Below, in pieces: positions 31,216-48,531 of a stretch of 64,000 bases of DNA. The stretch spans positions 19,946 through 83,945 of the forward strand of contig CAWKME010000012.1 in NCBI GenBank assembly GCA_963850645.1, written 5' to 3'. A model generated the notes under the pieces. That model was given only the letters and a program-made list of their open reading frames with translations, was not told where the DNA came from and searched no databases. The translations under genes and the position numbers were made by a program. The first letter of the stretch is position 1; each line of letters opens with the position of its first letter. The stretch is from an uncultured Actinomycetota bacterium. Its GTDB lineage: Bacteria > Actinomycetota > Actinomycetes > Mycobacteriales > Mycobacteriaceae.

Positions 31216-31830
31216 GTGGCCACCACCAACACCGGACGCAAACGGCCCGGACGTCCGGCGGGAAGCTCAGACACGCGCGATCGGATCCTGACAAACGCCC
31301 GAGTGCTGTTCGCCCGCAACGGGATTGCCAATACCTCGATACGTGCGGTAGCGGCAGCGGCGGGCGTCGATTCGGCGTTGGTGCATCACTACTTCGGCGC
31401 CAAGGAACAGCTGTTCGCCGCGGCCGTTCGCGTTCCGATCGACCCGATGGACATCATCGGCCCGTTGCGCGAGACGCCGGTCGAGGAACTCGGTCGCACC
31501 ATTCCGTCAATGTTGTTGCCGCTGTGGGATTCCGACGTGGGCGCAGGGTTCATTGCCACCCTGCGGTCGATCCTTGCCGGCTCAGAGGTCAACCTGTTCC
31601 GTTCGTTCATCATGGATGTGATCGCCGTCGAAGTCGGGGCCCGCGTCGACAACCCGCCGGGCACCGGCATCATCCGGATCCAGTTCGTCGCATCCCAACT
31701 GGTGGGCGTGCTGATGGCACGCTACATCCTGGACTTGGAGCCGTTCAGGTCGTTGCCCGCCGAGCAGATCGTGGACACGATCGCCCCGAACTTGCAGCGT
31801 TACCTCACTGGGGATTTGCCTGCGTCATGA
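31216..31830 (+). CDS. TetR family regulator (Rv1685c-like)
   Basis: HTH SIRAVAAAAGVDSALVHHYFG. Confidence 0.92.
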   Translation: MATTNTGRKRPGRPAGSSDTRDRILTNARVLFARNGIANTSIRAVAAAAGVDSALVHHYFGAKEQLFAAAVRVPIDPMDIIGPLRETPVEELGRTIPSMLLPLWDSDVGAGFIATLRSILAGSEVNLFRSFIMDVIAVEVGARVDNPPGTGIIRIQFVASQLVGVLMARYILDLEPFRSLPAEQIVDTIAPNLQRYLTGDLPAS

Positions 31831-32020
31831 GCCGCGCGTGCTCGTCGTCGCCGACCTCGATCGCCTCGTCGACCAGCAGCACCGGAATCCCGTCCTCGAT
31901 GCGGTAGGCACGGTGCATCCGCGGGTTGTACAGCAGCTTCTCGTCGTCCTTGTCGACCAGCAGCAGCGGGCCCCGGTCGGCCGGGCAGACCAGGATGCCC
32001 AACAGCGTTTCGTCAATCAT
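31805..32020 (-). CDS. Trm112 family protein (Rv1684-like)
   Basis: Motif LVCPADRGPL...YRIEDGIPVLL. Confidence 0.9.
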   Translation of the reverse strand: MIDETLLGILVCPADRGPLLLVDKDDEKLLYNPRMHRAYRIEDGIPVLLVDEAIEVGDDEHARLMTQANPQ

Positions 32021-32034
32021 GTCTGCCTCGAGTG

Positions 32035-35005
32035 TCAGTGCGCATCGGACATCTCGGACCGCGCGGCGCCCGTCAGCCGCCGGAATTGGTTGGCGTCAGC
32101 GTCGAAATACCAGGCGTGGCGGCCCGGCTTGGGAACCCCGGCCGCGCGCAGCGCACTGACCGTCGGACGATACGTCGCGCTCAGCGTCATCTCCCCCACC
32201 ACGTGGACGATATCGGGCCCCAACCCGAACGGCATGGCTGCCACCGCTTCGGAGAGATCCGCTGCCGTGATCGTCGCACCCGGCCGCAACGTCACCGCTG
32301 TCACTGCGACTTGGTGACCGTCCATCGGCACGCCATAGGTCACCGCAAGGTCGACCGCCGGAATGAGCCCGAGCGCATCGGTGATCGGCTCGCAGAACAC
32401 AATGCCGCGAGCGGTGCGCACCGCCGAGCCGCGGTTGCCCACCAGCCAGAAGTCGCCATCGGCGTCGCGACGGAACAGATATTCGGTGGAGATCCACGTG
32501 TCGGCGGGGGCGAAGACCCCACGTTTAACCGACGCGGTCGGATCGATTGGTCCGCGCGGCTCGGCGAGCAGTACGCCGACTTCGTTGGTTTCCGGAACCC
32601 GGACCAGCCCGCGGTCGGTTTCCAGGATCAGGTCATGCTCTGCGTCGTAGGCGCCCAATTCCACGTGGCCGGCTCCGGGCAACGGCCGGCCCTTGCTGCC
32701 GATCTTGGCACCGGACACGTTGGCCAGCACCGCATGCCCGTCGGTGGTGGCGAAGAACTCGACGACATGCGCCGGGGCGAACACGTCGACGATTCGCTGC
32801 CACAGCCCGGTCGGCATACCCGACCCGATGAACAACCGCACCGGGTGGCTGCCGTGCAGGGCGAAACCCGGATCGTCGATCACGTCGCGCAGCATGGCCC
32901 ACGTGTAGGAGACGACGGTGACGCCGTACTGATGTACTTCGGCGACGAATCGGTCCGGGTTCAGGCCGCGCGACAATGCGATGCGGGTGCCACCGACCAC
33001 CGCGCCGCCAAGGCTGACCAGCAGCCCAGACTCGTGATGCAGCGGCGTCAGGCAGTACACGGTGTCGGTACGGCCCAACGCCGCGGTCGAGGCGGTGCCG
33101 AACGCCGACAGCGCCCAGCGGTAGTTGGTGATCTGCTTGGCGACCAGTTGCCCGCCTGCGGTACTGAACGCGATGAACGCCAGATCTCGCGCGTAGCCCG
33201 GGTTCGCCCGATACCAGGCCGGAAGCTCCACGGCGTCGGGGTCGATCTGCTCCATGTCGATGACGCCGGCGTCGTCGGGCAGATGCAGTTCGCGCGACTC
33301 ACCGCCACCGAGCACAAGGATCTGTCCCGGCAACTGCCGCGCGGTCTCGAGGTTGGGCGGGTCGGTGATGATCTCGCTCACTCCCCCGAGCCGGACCGCC
33401 GCGGCCAGGTCGACGTCAGGTTTCATCAGGACGGCGACGGCGCCCAACCGCGACAGCGCGGCGATGGCCACCAGCGCGCTGGGCCGGGTCTCCATCAGGA
33501 CGCCAACGTGTTCGCCCTGGCGGACCCCGACTTCGATGAGGCCACGCACGACGTTGTCGATACGTCGGTTCACTGCCTCATAGGTGTGCACGCGTCCGTC
33601 GAAAAGTAGGAACTCGCCGTTCGGCGCATCGTTGGCCTGTTCGCCGATGATCCGGCCCAGCGAGATCCGGGTGTGGTCGTTGATCTGGCCCAGCCGGGCC
33701 AGCCGGGGCAGGGTTCGGACTGTCTCGACGGCCAACGTGCGCATGGACTTGTTCGCTGCGACGACGGCGTCGGCCGCCCCCCGGGCGAGGGTCAACGCCA
33801 CCTCGGAGGCCTCGCCCAGGCCGTGCATCAGCCGCGAACTGAGCGCGACACCGCGGTCGTTGCGTTCGTCCGGCTGATCAGCCATCGGGAAGATGTCCGT
33901 GGGCTTGTCGCCGTTCCCCGAAATCCACAGTACCCAGTCGGCGACAGTTGGCCAAGACTCCTGTGCCGCTTTGGATCCGACGACCAGACCGAAGTGACCC
34001 GTGCGCAGCGAGTACTCGTAGACCTCGGCGTGAGGCGCTGCCCGCCGGATACCGCGCACCGCGGGCGGCTGACCGATGTCGTCAACCTCGCCGACGAAAG
34101 CCAGTACGGGACAGGTGATATCGGTCAGCGTCACCAGTTGACCGTTGATGGCGAAACCGCCGGTCATCATCCGGTTATGCGCGACGAACTGCTTGAGCAG
34201 CTCGGAGACCGCCGGGCCGGACCACGCGATCCAGCCTTCCGACTCCAGGAATCGACGCTGAGCTTCCCGCGGCAGCAACGCCTCCCGGTCGTGCAACTGG
34301 CGCACGAAATCGATCCGGGCTTTGGCGGTTTTGAGCGGATCGAGCATCTGAAAGCCGGTGCGCGCCAACCAACTTGGGATATCCAACCGGTTGAAGACAT
34401 GGTCGGCCATGAAATTGGCAACACCGGGAGCCAGGTTGGGCGGCAGGCCCATCGGGAGCGCGGCCAGGGTGTCTACCGGCGAGCCGAACGTGACAATGCT
34501 GGCGATGCTTTTCGAGCGCCGATAGGCCGCCGCCTGGTAGCAGAACATCCCGCCCTGGGAGTAGCCGACCAGGTGCACGTCCTGGCCGGTGATCTCGGCG
34601 GTCAGGTCGATCGCCTCACTCAGCGCGACGATGTGGTCGGCGAGATTCCGGCGCATCCCACCCTCGACCTCGTCGGGTGAGCCGAAGTCGATGACCCAGG
34701 GATCCAGCCCGGCGGCGTGCAGGATGCCGACAGCGCCGTCCTGGCGGGTGACGTCCCACATGTTGGCCGACATCATCATCGGATGCACCAGCAGCACCGG
34801 CGGCCCCGCATCCGGATGCCCCGGCCGGCTGTCCGGCGGGAAGTACCGCCGAAGCTTGTACATCGACACGCTCTCCACGACCTGGGACGGCGACGGAGAG
34901 TTGCCGGTCTCCAGACCCGCCGAGCCGCAAGACCTCCAGGCCGTTCTGCGCTGTCGCCATCAGTCGTTCGACCGGTCGCGTGATCGCTGAAAGATGCAGA
35001 TCCAG
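32035..35005 (-). CDS. Alpha/beta-hydrolase plus acyl-CoA synthetase fusion (Rv1683-like; frameshift near 34920)
   Basis: GYSQGG lipase/PHA synthase-like motif followed by an AMP-binding domain. Confidence 0.88.
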
Positions 35006-35104
35006 CCGCCGCTCCCTACGACCTTGCGCTTCCCTGACAGCCTGCACATCATGGCACATCGCTGCGGCTGGGCCCGCCGCTTTGGTCACCGCGTGGACCC
35101 ATCG

Positions 35105-35318
35105 TTAGGCTGGGGCCGCTGGCGCACCTGCTCGGCGCCGAGGCCTGTGCACCTGGAATAACCGAATCACGTCGTCTTCGAATTGCTGACCGTGGGGTGA
35201 GCGACGGCGACCGCATCGGCATTGTAGGACGAAACGGGGACGGCAAATCCACGCCTGCTGGGTTTGCGCACCGGTGCGGTGTGCCCGGATTTGGGCCGCG
35301 TCACCCGCTGGAGCGGGC
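35105..35318 (+). pseudogene. Decayed duplicate of the promoter and first ~65 codons of the ABC-F gene
   Basis: Aligns by eye with about 36830-37040; shares AGCGACGGCGACCGCATCGGCAT and GGACGAAACGG. Has a CTG in place of GTG and several indels. Confidence 0.85.
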
Positions 35319-36512
35319 TTAGAAGGCGCTTGAGAAGTCTCCGACGAGGTTGGGTAGGAGGTCGATAGGCAGCAGTGAGGTGATGTTGGCCGGGTCCAGG
35401 AGTGTGCTGAGGCTGCCGCCATCGAAAATCGAGCTGAGGTCCGACAACACCGTGCTGGGGTTCAGCATTGAGGTCATGTCCGTCAGCATTGTGCCGGGGT
35501 CCAGATCAGCCGCGCTGCTCGCCGGCGGCGTGATCGCCTGCGCGATGTCTTCAGCCAAACCCAGCAGCGCCCCAATTGGCCCGTCCTGTGCAGAAAGAAG
35601 GCCGAAGAGGCTATCTGAGGGCACCCCGTTGAGGAAGCCGTCCGCGAGTGTGGTCGGGGCAAGGGCAAAGTTTTGCAAGATCGCCGCGAAGTTCCCGGTG
35701 TCCACCGCGTTGACAAGGTTGTTGCCGATACCCCCGATCGCCCATACGACGGAGGCTACTGGCTCGATAAGGCCGAGAATCGGAAGCAGGCTGTCTCCGA
35801 GCCCCGTGCTGACAGCAGCCGACAGATTCGCGAAGGGCGTCTCGACAGCGGTTTCGACCGCGCTTATAAGAGGAAAAAGCTGGAGGAGCGGGTCCAGGAA
35901 GAGGTAGTCGATGAGAAGGTTGAACAGCCCGTCCTGGATATCGCCGGAAGTGAAATCCATCCACACACTTTGGAGATTCCCTGGCAGTTCCGTGGTCACG
36001 TACGAAACCAGGTTCTGGAAACTCTCTTGGGCCGCCGCGCCGATAGCGGTGAAGCTGGCCTCCTGGTTGGCGAGGATCTGAGTGAGTATTGGAAACGGAG
36101 CCGCGAGGAACTGTTGTGCGAGCCCCTGAAGGCTAGCCACGGTATCCGTGACAAGCTGCGCCGGCCCGATGAGGGTGTAAGGGGTGGGATCCGCGAGGTT
36201 GAACAGTCCGGCGAAGGGGTCGAGCAGATCGCCGAGATTCAATGACCCGCCCGAGCCCAACATCTCGGCGAGGGGATTCAGGAGGTCACCAATGGGGCCC
36301 GCCGCTCCACCGGCTCCACTCAGGGCGCTGTCCAATCCACCAACAGTGCCCTGCGCATCGTCGAGGATGCCTTCCGCGGCAGCGGACAGCTGTACTGCGG
36401 GCACCTGGATGTCGGTTAGCCGCGGTGCCATCGGCGTGACGGCGATGAGGCTGGCGCCAACAACAGCGACACCGACGATGGCGCAACGGCGAGCAGCTAG
36501 CTCGATACTCAT
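35319..36512 (-). CDS. Acidic secreted/surface protein with a mycobacterial GVAVVGASLIAVTP signal region (GjpA-like family, tentative)
   Basis: Signal-like N-terminus ending PAVQLSA; APFPILTQILANQ and LADGFLNG motifs; atypical codon usage. Confidence 0.7.
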   Translation of the reverse strand: MSIELAARRCAIVGVAVVGASLIAVTPMAPRLTDIQVPAVQLSAAAEGILDDAQGTVGGLDSALSGAGGAAGPIGDLLNPLAEMLGSGGSLNLGDLLDPFAGLFNLADPTPYTLIGPAQLVTDTVASLQGLAQQFLAAPFPILTQILANQEASFTAIGAAAQESFQNLVSYVTTELPGNLQSVWMDFTSGDIQDGLFNLLIDYLFLDPLLQLFPLISAVETAVETPFANLSAAVSTGLGDSLLPILGLIEPVASVVWAIGGIGNNLVNAVDTGNFAAILQNFALAPTTLADGFLNGVPSDSLFGLLSAQDGPIGALLGLAEDIAQAITPPASSAADLDPGTMLTDMTSMLNPSTVLSDLSSIFDGGSLSTLLDPANITSLLPIDLLPNLVGDFSSAF

Positions 36513-36842
36513 CTCTTGTCTGGTCTTGTCTGGCTGGGCCATTTTGACGACCTCCACGACGGAATGCAGCGAATCTTACCTGAGAGTAGTATGAGAAACA
36601 ATACATACGCCCAATAAGTATCCCGGCGCTGCCCACGAAAAGGCCCGGCCCTTGTTGCCGGTTCGTTTGCGGCGCCATGGGTGAGCGCGGCCGGCGCAAT
36701 GTCGCCGCCCTGGGTCGGCGCCGTGCCGCCGCAGGCGTCCCGCGACGCGACCGAATCCTCGATGGTCAAGACCTCACGAACCTTCTCAAGTCAACTCGGC
36801 ACTAATAGCCACCAGCACCATCGCCGCGCTAGGGTCGGGGCG

Positions 36843-38622
36843 GTGGCACACCTGCTGGGGGCCGAGGCAGTGCACCTGGAGTATCCGACTCAAGTCGTGT
36901 TCGAGTCGATGACCGTCGGCGTCAGCGACGGCGACCGCATCGGCATCGTGGGACGAAACGGCGACGGCAAGTCCAGTTTGCTGGGCTTGCTCACCGGTCG
37001 GGTGCGCCCGGATGCCGGACGGGTGACGCAGCGCAGCGGTCTACGGGTCGGCGCGCTGAGCCAGGCGGACACCCTGGATTCGCGCGGCACGGTGGGATGG
37101 GCACTGGTCGGCGACCGGCCCGAGCACGAGTGGGCCGGTAATCCGCGTATCCGCGACGTGGTCGGCGGACTGGTCGCCGACATCGCCTGGGATGCGACGA
37201 TCGGCACTCTCAGCGGTGGCCAGCGGCGACGGGTCCAGCTGGCCGCGCTGCTGGTCGGCGACTGGGATGTCATCGCCCTGGACGAGCCGACCAACCATCT
37301 CGACATCGAAGGCATCACCTGGCTGGCCGATCACTTACGCCAGCGCTGGGCCCGCAACACCGGCGGACTGCTGCTGGTGACCCACGACCGGTGGTTCCTC
37401 GACGAGGTGGCGACCACGACGTGGGAGGTGCACGACGGGATCGTCGAGCCGTTCGAGGGCGGCTACGCGGCCTATGTCTTGCAGCGAGTCGAGCGGGACC
37501 GGCGGGCCGCCGTCGCCGAGGCCAAGCGGCAGAACCTGATGCGCAAGGAGCTGGCCTGGCTTCGCCGCGGGCCTCCGGCGCGCACGTCGAAACCGAAGTT
37601 CCGTATCGATGCGGCTAACCAGCTGATCGCCGACGTGCCGCCGCTGCGCAACACAGTCGAGTTGGCGAAACTTGCCACCGCGCGGCTCGGCAAGGACGTC
37701 ATAGATCTGATCGACGTGTCGGTCTCGTTCGACGGCCGCCCCGTGCTGCGCGATGTCGAATGGCGAATCGGCCCCGGTGAACGCAGCGGCATCGTCGGGG
37801 CCAACGGCGCCGGCAAGTCCACCCTGCTCGGACTGATCACCGGCGCGGTGCAACCCGACAGCGGAAAAGTCAAGCGCGGCAAGACTGTTCGATTGGCAAT
37901 CCTTGACCAACGGGGTCGATGAGCTGGCGCCGCTGGCGGGCGACCGGGTCGCCGACGTGCTGGGCCGGCTGCGCAGCGGCTATCACGTCGACGGCCGTGA
38001 TGTCACCCCGGCGCAGTTGTTGGAGCGGCTCGGGTTCGCCGGCGACCAGCTTTCGGCGCGCGTCGGAGAGCTCTCCGGCGGGCAACGCCGCCGACTGCAG
38101 CTGATGCTCACGCTGCTGGCCGAGCCCAACGTGCTGCTGCTCGACGAACCCACCAACGACGTGGACACCGAGATGCTGGCCGCCACCGAAGACTTGCTCG
38201 ACTCGTGGCCGGGCACGTTGATCGTCGTCTCCCACGACCGCTATCTGCTGGAGCGCGTCACCGACCAGCAGTACGCGATTCTGGATGGCCGGCTGCGACA
38301 TCTGCCCGGCGGTGTCGATGAATACTTGAGGCTGGCGGCGCAAGGCGGCCGCCGAGCGCGCTGCGGCGCCGGCCACCAGCGCCGCTGAGCGCAGGCGATT
38401 TCGGGAGCCGAATTGCGGGCCGCTGAGAAGGAGATCGCCGCGATCGATCGCAGGCTGGCGCGGCTGGCCGACCAGATCGCGGCCAAGCACCAGGAACTCG
38501 CCGAGCACGACCAATCCGACCACGTTGGCATCACCCGGCTCACCCAGGAACTGCGCGCCCTTGAAGGCGACGTTGCCGGGCTGGAAAACCGTTGGCTGGA
38601 AATTTCCGAAATCCTCGAGTGA
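36843..38622 (+). CDS. ABC-F (Uup-like) ATP-binding protein, Rv1668c/Rv1667c-like (frameshifted)
   Basis: Two ABC domains (GRNGDGKS and GANGAGKS, LSGGQ twice), linker ELAWLRRG, C-terminal coiled coil. Confidence 0.92.
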
Positions 38623-38631
38623 CTCTAACTC

Positions 38632-38662
38632 CTCGAATGTGAAGCTGTTGCGAATTTTCGCG
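38632..38662. repeat. Left arm of an intergenic palindrome split by IS30 (right arm about 39978-40008)
   Basis: TCGAATGTGAAGCTGTTGCG versus the reverse complement of the right flank, TCGAATGTGAAACTGTTGCG (19/20 match). Confidence 0.85.
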
Positions 38663-39977
38663 GGCGGATTCAAGGTTTGCTTGCAACAGTGACGTTTGGC
38701 GGGTTTGACAATAGCCGGTCGAGGACTTGAGCGGGGCTGTCCCAGTCGAAGCGTTTTCGAGGCCGGTTGTTCAGTTCGATGGCGACTTCAGCTAAGGACT
38801 CCGCAGAGTGCACGGATAGGTCGGTGCCCTTCGGGAAGTACTGGCGCAACAGCCCGTTGGTGTTCTCGTTGGAGCCGCGTTGCCACGGCGAGTGCGGATC
38901 ACAGAAGTAGATGTCGATGTCGGCGGCGATGCTGATACGGGCATGGTCAGCCATCTCCTTGCCTTGATCCCAGGTCAGGGTGCGGCGCAGCTCATCGGGC
39001 AGGGCTTTGATCGCTTTGATCATTTCCTCGGCGACGACGTCAGCCTCGCGGTTGTCGGGTAGGTGCAGCAGTTGCACGAAACCCGACGAGCGCTCCACCA
39101 GGGTGCCGATCTGAGAGACCTGGTTTTTGCCGATGATCAGATCACCCTCCCAGTGGCCGGGCACGGCGCGGTCGTCGGCTTCGGGCGGGCGTTCGGAGAT
39201 GTTGACCATGCCCGGAATTCGGCCCCGAGTCTCGGTGGCATTGGTGCGTTTACGGGGTTTGCGCACCGCTCGCCCGGTGCGCAAACACCGGTGCAGCTCG
39301 CGGCGCAGCTCACCGCGTCCTTGCACGTAGATCCACTTGTAGATGGTTTCGTGCGACATTCGCATCTCCGGGCGATCGGGATAGTCCTTGGCCAGCTGAC
39401 CGGCGATCTGCTCGGGACTGTACTTCTTCTTCAGCAGCTCCTTGACCAGCTCACGCAGTTCGGGATTGCCGTCGATCTTGCCGGTCTTGGGTCGACGCGC
39501 CCGTTCTTCGCTGCGGGCCTGGGCCACACTGGCCCGATACCCCGACTTGGCGTCCCAGCCGCCGCGGTCAGCGCCGAACCGATGCCGCGCCCGATACCGA
39601 CCTGTGGCACCGCGGCAGCCGCCATTGTTGGCGATTTCGTGCATGATCGTCGACGGCGCACGCCCCAACCGGTTAGCGATCGATCGCTCGGACTCACCGT
39701 GTGAGGTGCCGATGGTGATTTCATCGCGCTCCAGCGCACCCAGTCGCGGCCGCCGCCGGCCCTGGGGTTCACTCAATTGTGGGTTCACACCGCCACGTTG
39801 ACGGAACCACCCCTGCCCGCAGCGCTCAGACACGCCGACAGCCATCCCAGCAACGCCCGGCGGCACCCCGTCAGCCACCAACTCCCAATACCGGCGCTGC
39901 ACCGCGTTCAACGAGTGATACGGACCCATCAACACTCCTAAATCAACGAAGTGTTGCAATCACCCCTTGAACCCAAG
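38663..39977 (-). mobile_element. IS30 family insertion sequence, about 1315 bp, apparently intact
   Basis: Imperfect IRs GGCGGATTCAAGGTTTGCTTGCAACA and CTTGGGTTCAAGGGGTGATTGCAACA; 2-bp CG direct repeat. Confidence 0.9.
38670..39959 (-). CDS. IS30 family DDE transposase
   Basis: Motifs SPEQIAG, SHETIY, GHWEGDLI, TWDQGKEM, PWQRGSNENTNGLLRQYFPKG. The true start may be a little downstream. Confidence 0.95.
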   Translation of the reverse strand: MQHFVDLGVLMGPYHSLNAVQRRYWELVADGVPPGVAGMAVGVSERCGQGWFRQRGGVNPQLSEPQGRRRPRLGALERDEITIGTSHGESERSIANRLGRAPSTIMHEIANNGGCRGATGRYRARHRFGADRGGWDAKSGYRASVAQARSEERARRPKTGKIDGNPELRELVKELLKKKYSPEQIAGQLAKDYPDRPEMRMSHETIYKWIYVQGRGELRRELHRCLRTGRAVRKPRKRTNATETRGRIPGMVNISERPPEADDRAVPGHWEGDLIIGKNQVSQIGTLVERSSGFVQLLHLPDNREADVVAEEMIKAIKALPDELRRTLTWDQGKEMADHARISIAADIDIYFCDPHSPWQRGSNENTNGLLRQYFPKGTDLSVHSAESLAEVAIELNNRPRKRFDWDSPAQVLDRLLSNPPNVTVASKP

Positions 39978-39997
39978 CGGGAATCCTCGCAACAGTT

Positions 39998-42637
<2,640 letters not shown>

Positions 42638-42661
42638 GAATTGATCTCCTTGTTCAGCAGG

Positions 42662-45268
<2,607 letters not shown>

Positions 45269-45272
<4 letters not shown>

Positions 45273-45325
45273 CGGCGCCGCTCCTCCTCACCGCTGCGCT
45301 CTGCATCGTCGCCGGCGCGCGTCAT
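45269..45325 (-). repeat. MIRU (53-bp type) with an 18-aa mini-ORF coupling argB to argD
   Basis: ATGACGCGCGCCGGCGACGATGCAGAGCGCAGCGGTGAGGAGGAGCGGCGCCGATGA = [18 protein letters not shown]; ATGA overlaps at both ends. Confidence 0.9.
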
Positions 45326-46203
45326 GCGCTCACCACCTTCGTGCCGGTGCCGTCGTCGGTGAACAATTCGACCAGCACGCAATGCTCGACGCGGCCGTCG
45401 ATGACGTGCGCGCTGGGCACGCCGCCGCCGACAGCGCGCAGGCAGGCCTCGATCTTGGGGATCATCCCGGTCTCCAGTGTCGGCAGCAGCTGCGCCAGTG
45501 TGGCGGTGTCGATTTCGCTGACCAGCGAATCGCGGTCCGGCCAGCGGGTGTAGAGACCTTCGACGTCGGTGAGCATCAGCAGCTTCTCGGCTCCCAGCGC
45601 TTCGGCCAGCGCCGCCGCCGCGGTGTCGGCGTTGATGTTGTGCACCACGCCGTCGATGTCCGGCGCCAGCGTCGAGACCACCGGGATACGTTGCGCGGCA
45701 ATCAGGTCCACGACCGCCGCGGTGTTGACCTGGTCGACGTTGCCCACCAGCCCGATGTCGGTGGGCACGCCGTCGACGGTGACGCTGCGCCGCACCGCGG
45801 TGAACAGATTCGCGTCCTCGCCGGTGATGCCGACCGCGTAGGGCCCGTGCGCGTTGATCAGGTTGACCAACTCGCGGCCGACCTGACCGAACAACACCAT
45901 CCGTGCCACGTCGAGCACTTCGGGTGTGGTGACCCGGAAGCCGCCCTTGAAGTCGCCGGCAATGCCGAGCCGTTGCAGCATGGCGCTGATCTGCGGGCCG
46001 CCGCCGTGCACCACGACCGGGTGGATTCCGCAGTTACGCAGGAACGCCATGTCGGCGGCGAACGCACGCCGCAGCGTGTCGTCGGTCATCGCGTTGCCGC
46101 CGTATTTGACCACCACGATCTTGCCGTGCAACTGCTTGAGCCAGGGCAAGGCTTCGGCCAGCACGTGGGCCTTCACCTCGGTCGACACCGCACCGGCGGT
46201 CAT
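45322..46203 (-). CDS. argB: Acetylglutamate kinase
   Basis: Motifs [27 protein letters not shown]. Confidence 0.97.
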   Translation of the reverse strand: MTAGAVSTEVKAHVLAEALPWLKQLHGKIVVVKYGGNAMTDDTLRRAFAADMAFLRNCGIHPVVVHGGGPQISAMLQRLGIAGDFKGGFRVTTPEVLDVARMVLFGQVGRELVNLINAHGPYAVGITGEDANLFTAVRRSVTVDGVPTDIGLVGNVDQVNTAAVVDLIAAQRIPVVSTLAPDIDGVVHNINADTAAAALAEALGAEKLLMLTDVEGLYTRWPDRDSLVSEIDTATLAQLLPTLETGMIPKIEACLRAVGGGVPSAHVIDGRVEHCVLVELFTDDGTGTKVVSA

Positions 46204-47400
46204 GACCAGTACGCCGAATTCTCTTCGACGTAGCCGTGCGACAGGTCGGTGGTGCGGATGGCGGCCTGGCCGTTGCCGACCTTGAGGTCGACGAGGACGT
46301 CGATGTTCCGCGCCGGACAGGTCCACCTCGCGTGCACCCGGCGCTCCGGCGCCGTCGACGCACACCGGAGAGCCGTTGAACGACACAGTGATCCGGTCGG
46401 GGTCGAGACTGAACGGCGCCATGCCGACGGCGGCCAGCACCCGGCCCCAGTTCGGGTCGGAGCCGAACAACGCGGTCTTGACCAGGCTGTCGCGGGCCAC
46501 CACCCGGGCGGCGATGACGGCGTCGTCCTCGCTGGCGGCGCCGGTGACGGTCACGGTGATCCGCTTGGTGACACCTTCGGCGTCGGCCTGCAGCTGGGCG
46601 CACAGGTCGTCGCAGACCCGCAGCACCGCGTCGTCGAGATCGGTTTGGGACGGCGCGATCTCGCTTGCGCCCGAGGCCAGCAGCAGCACGGTGTCGTTGG
46701 TCGAGCAGCTGCCGTCGATGTCGAGGCGGTCGAACGTCCGCGCGGCGGCCCGGCGCAGCGCGTGCTCGAGCGCGCCGGACTCCGCGACGGCATCGGTGGT
46801 GAGCACGCACAGCATGGTGGCCAGCGACGGCGCCAGCATCCCCGCGCCCTTGGCCATCCCGCCAACGGTCCACTTGCCCGGATGGTGCAGCGCAACCTGT
46901 TTGGGCACGGTGTCGGTGGTCATGATGGCCCGTGCGGCCTCGTCTCCGCCGACCAGCCCGCCGGCCATCTCGTGCACGACGTGGTCGACCCCGGCGAGCA
47001 CCTTGTCCATCGGCAGCCGGTCGCCGATCAATCCGGTTGAGCAGACGGCCACTTCGATCGCGCCGGTCTCGGTGCCCCAGTCCGACAACGCGGCCGCGAC
47101 CGCTTCGGCGGTGGCGTGGGTGTCCTGGAAGCCGCCTGGGCCGGTGCAGGCGTTGGCGCCGCCGGAGTTCAGGATCACCGCCCGCAGCCGGCCGGTGGTC
47201 AGCACCTGCTGTGTCCACAGCACGGGTGCCGCCTTGACCTGATTGCGGGTGAACACTCCGGCGGCCGCGTAATCGGGGCCCTCGTTGAACACCAGCGCCA
47301 GGTCCAATGCGCCCGACTTCTTGATCCCGGCGGCGATTCCGGCGGCGCGGAAGCCGGCCGGCGCCGTCACCCCCTGAGCGCGCACCAGCGGCAGCCGCAT
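46200..47400 (-). CDS. argJ: Ornithine acetyltransferase / N-acetylglutamate synthase (frameshift near 46310)
   Basis: Motifs [37 protein letters not shown]. Confidence 0.96.
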
Positions 47401-47413
47401 CCCGTCAGGTCGG

Positions 47414-48531
<1,118 letters not shown>

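Noticed and set aside
45322-47400. 692-aa ArgJ-ArgB fusion ORF
   Set aside because: Caused by an indel near 46310. The real ArgJ C-terminus ([15 protein letters not shown]) is in another frame and argB has its own ATG.
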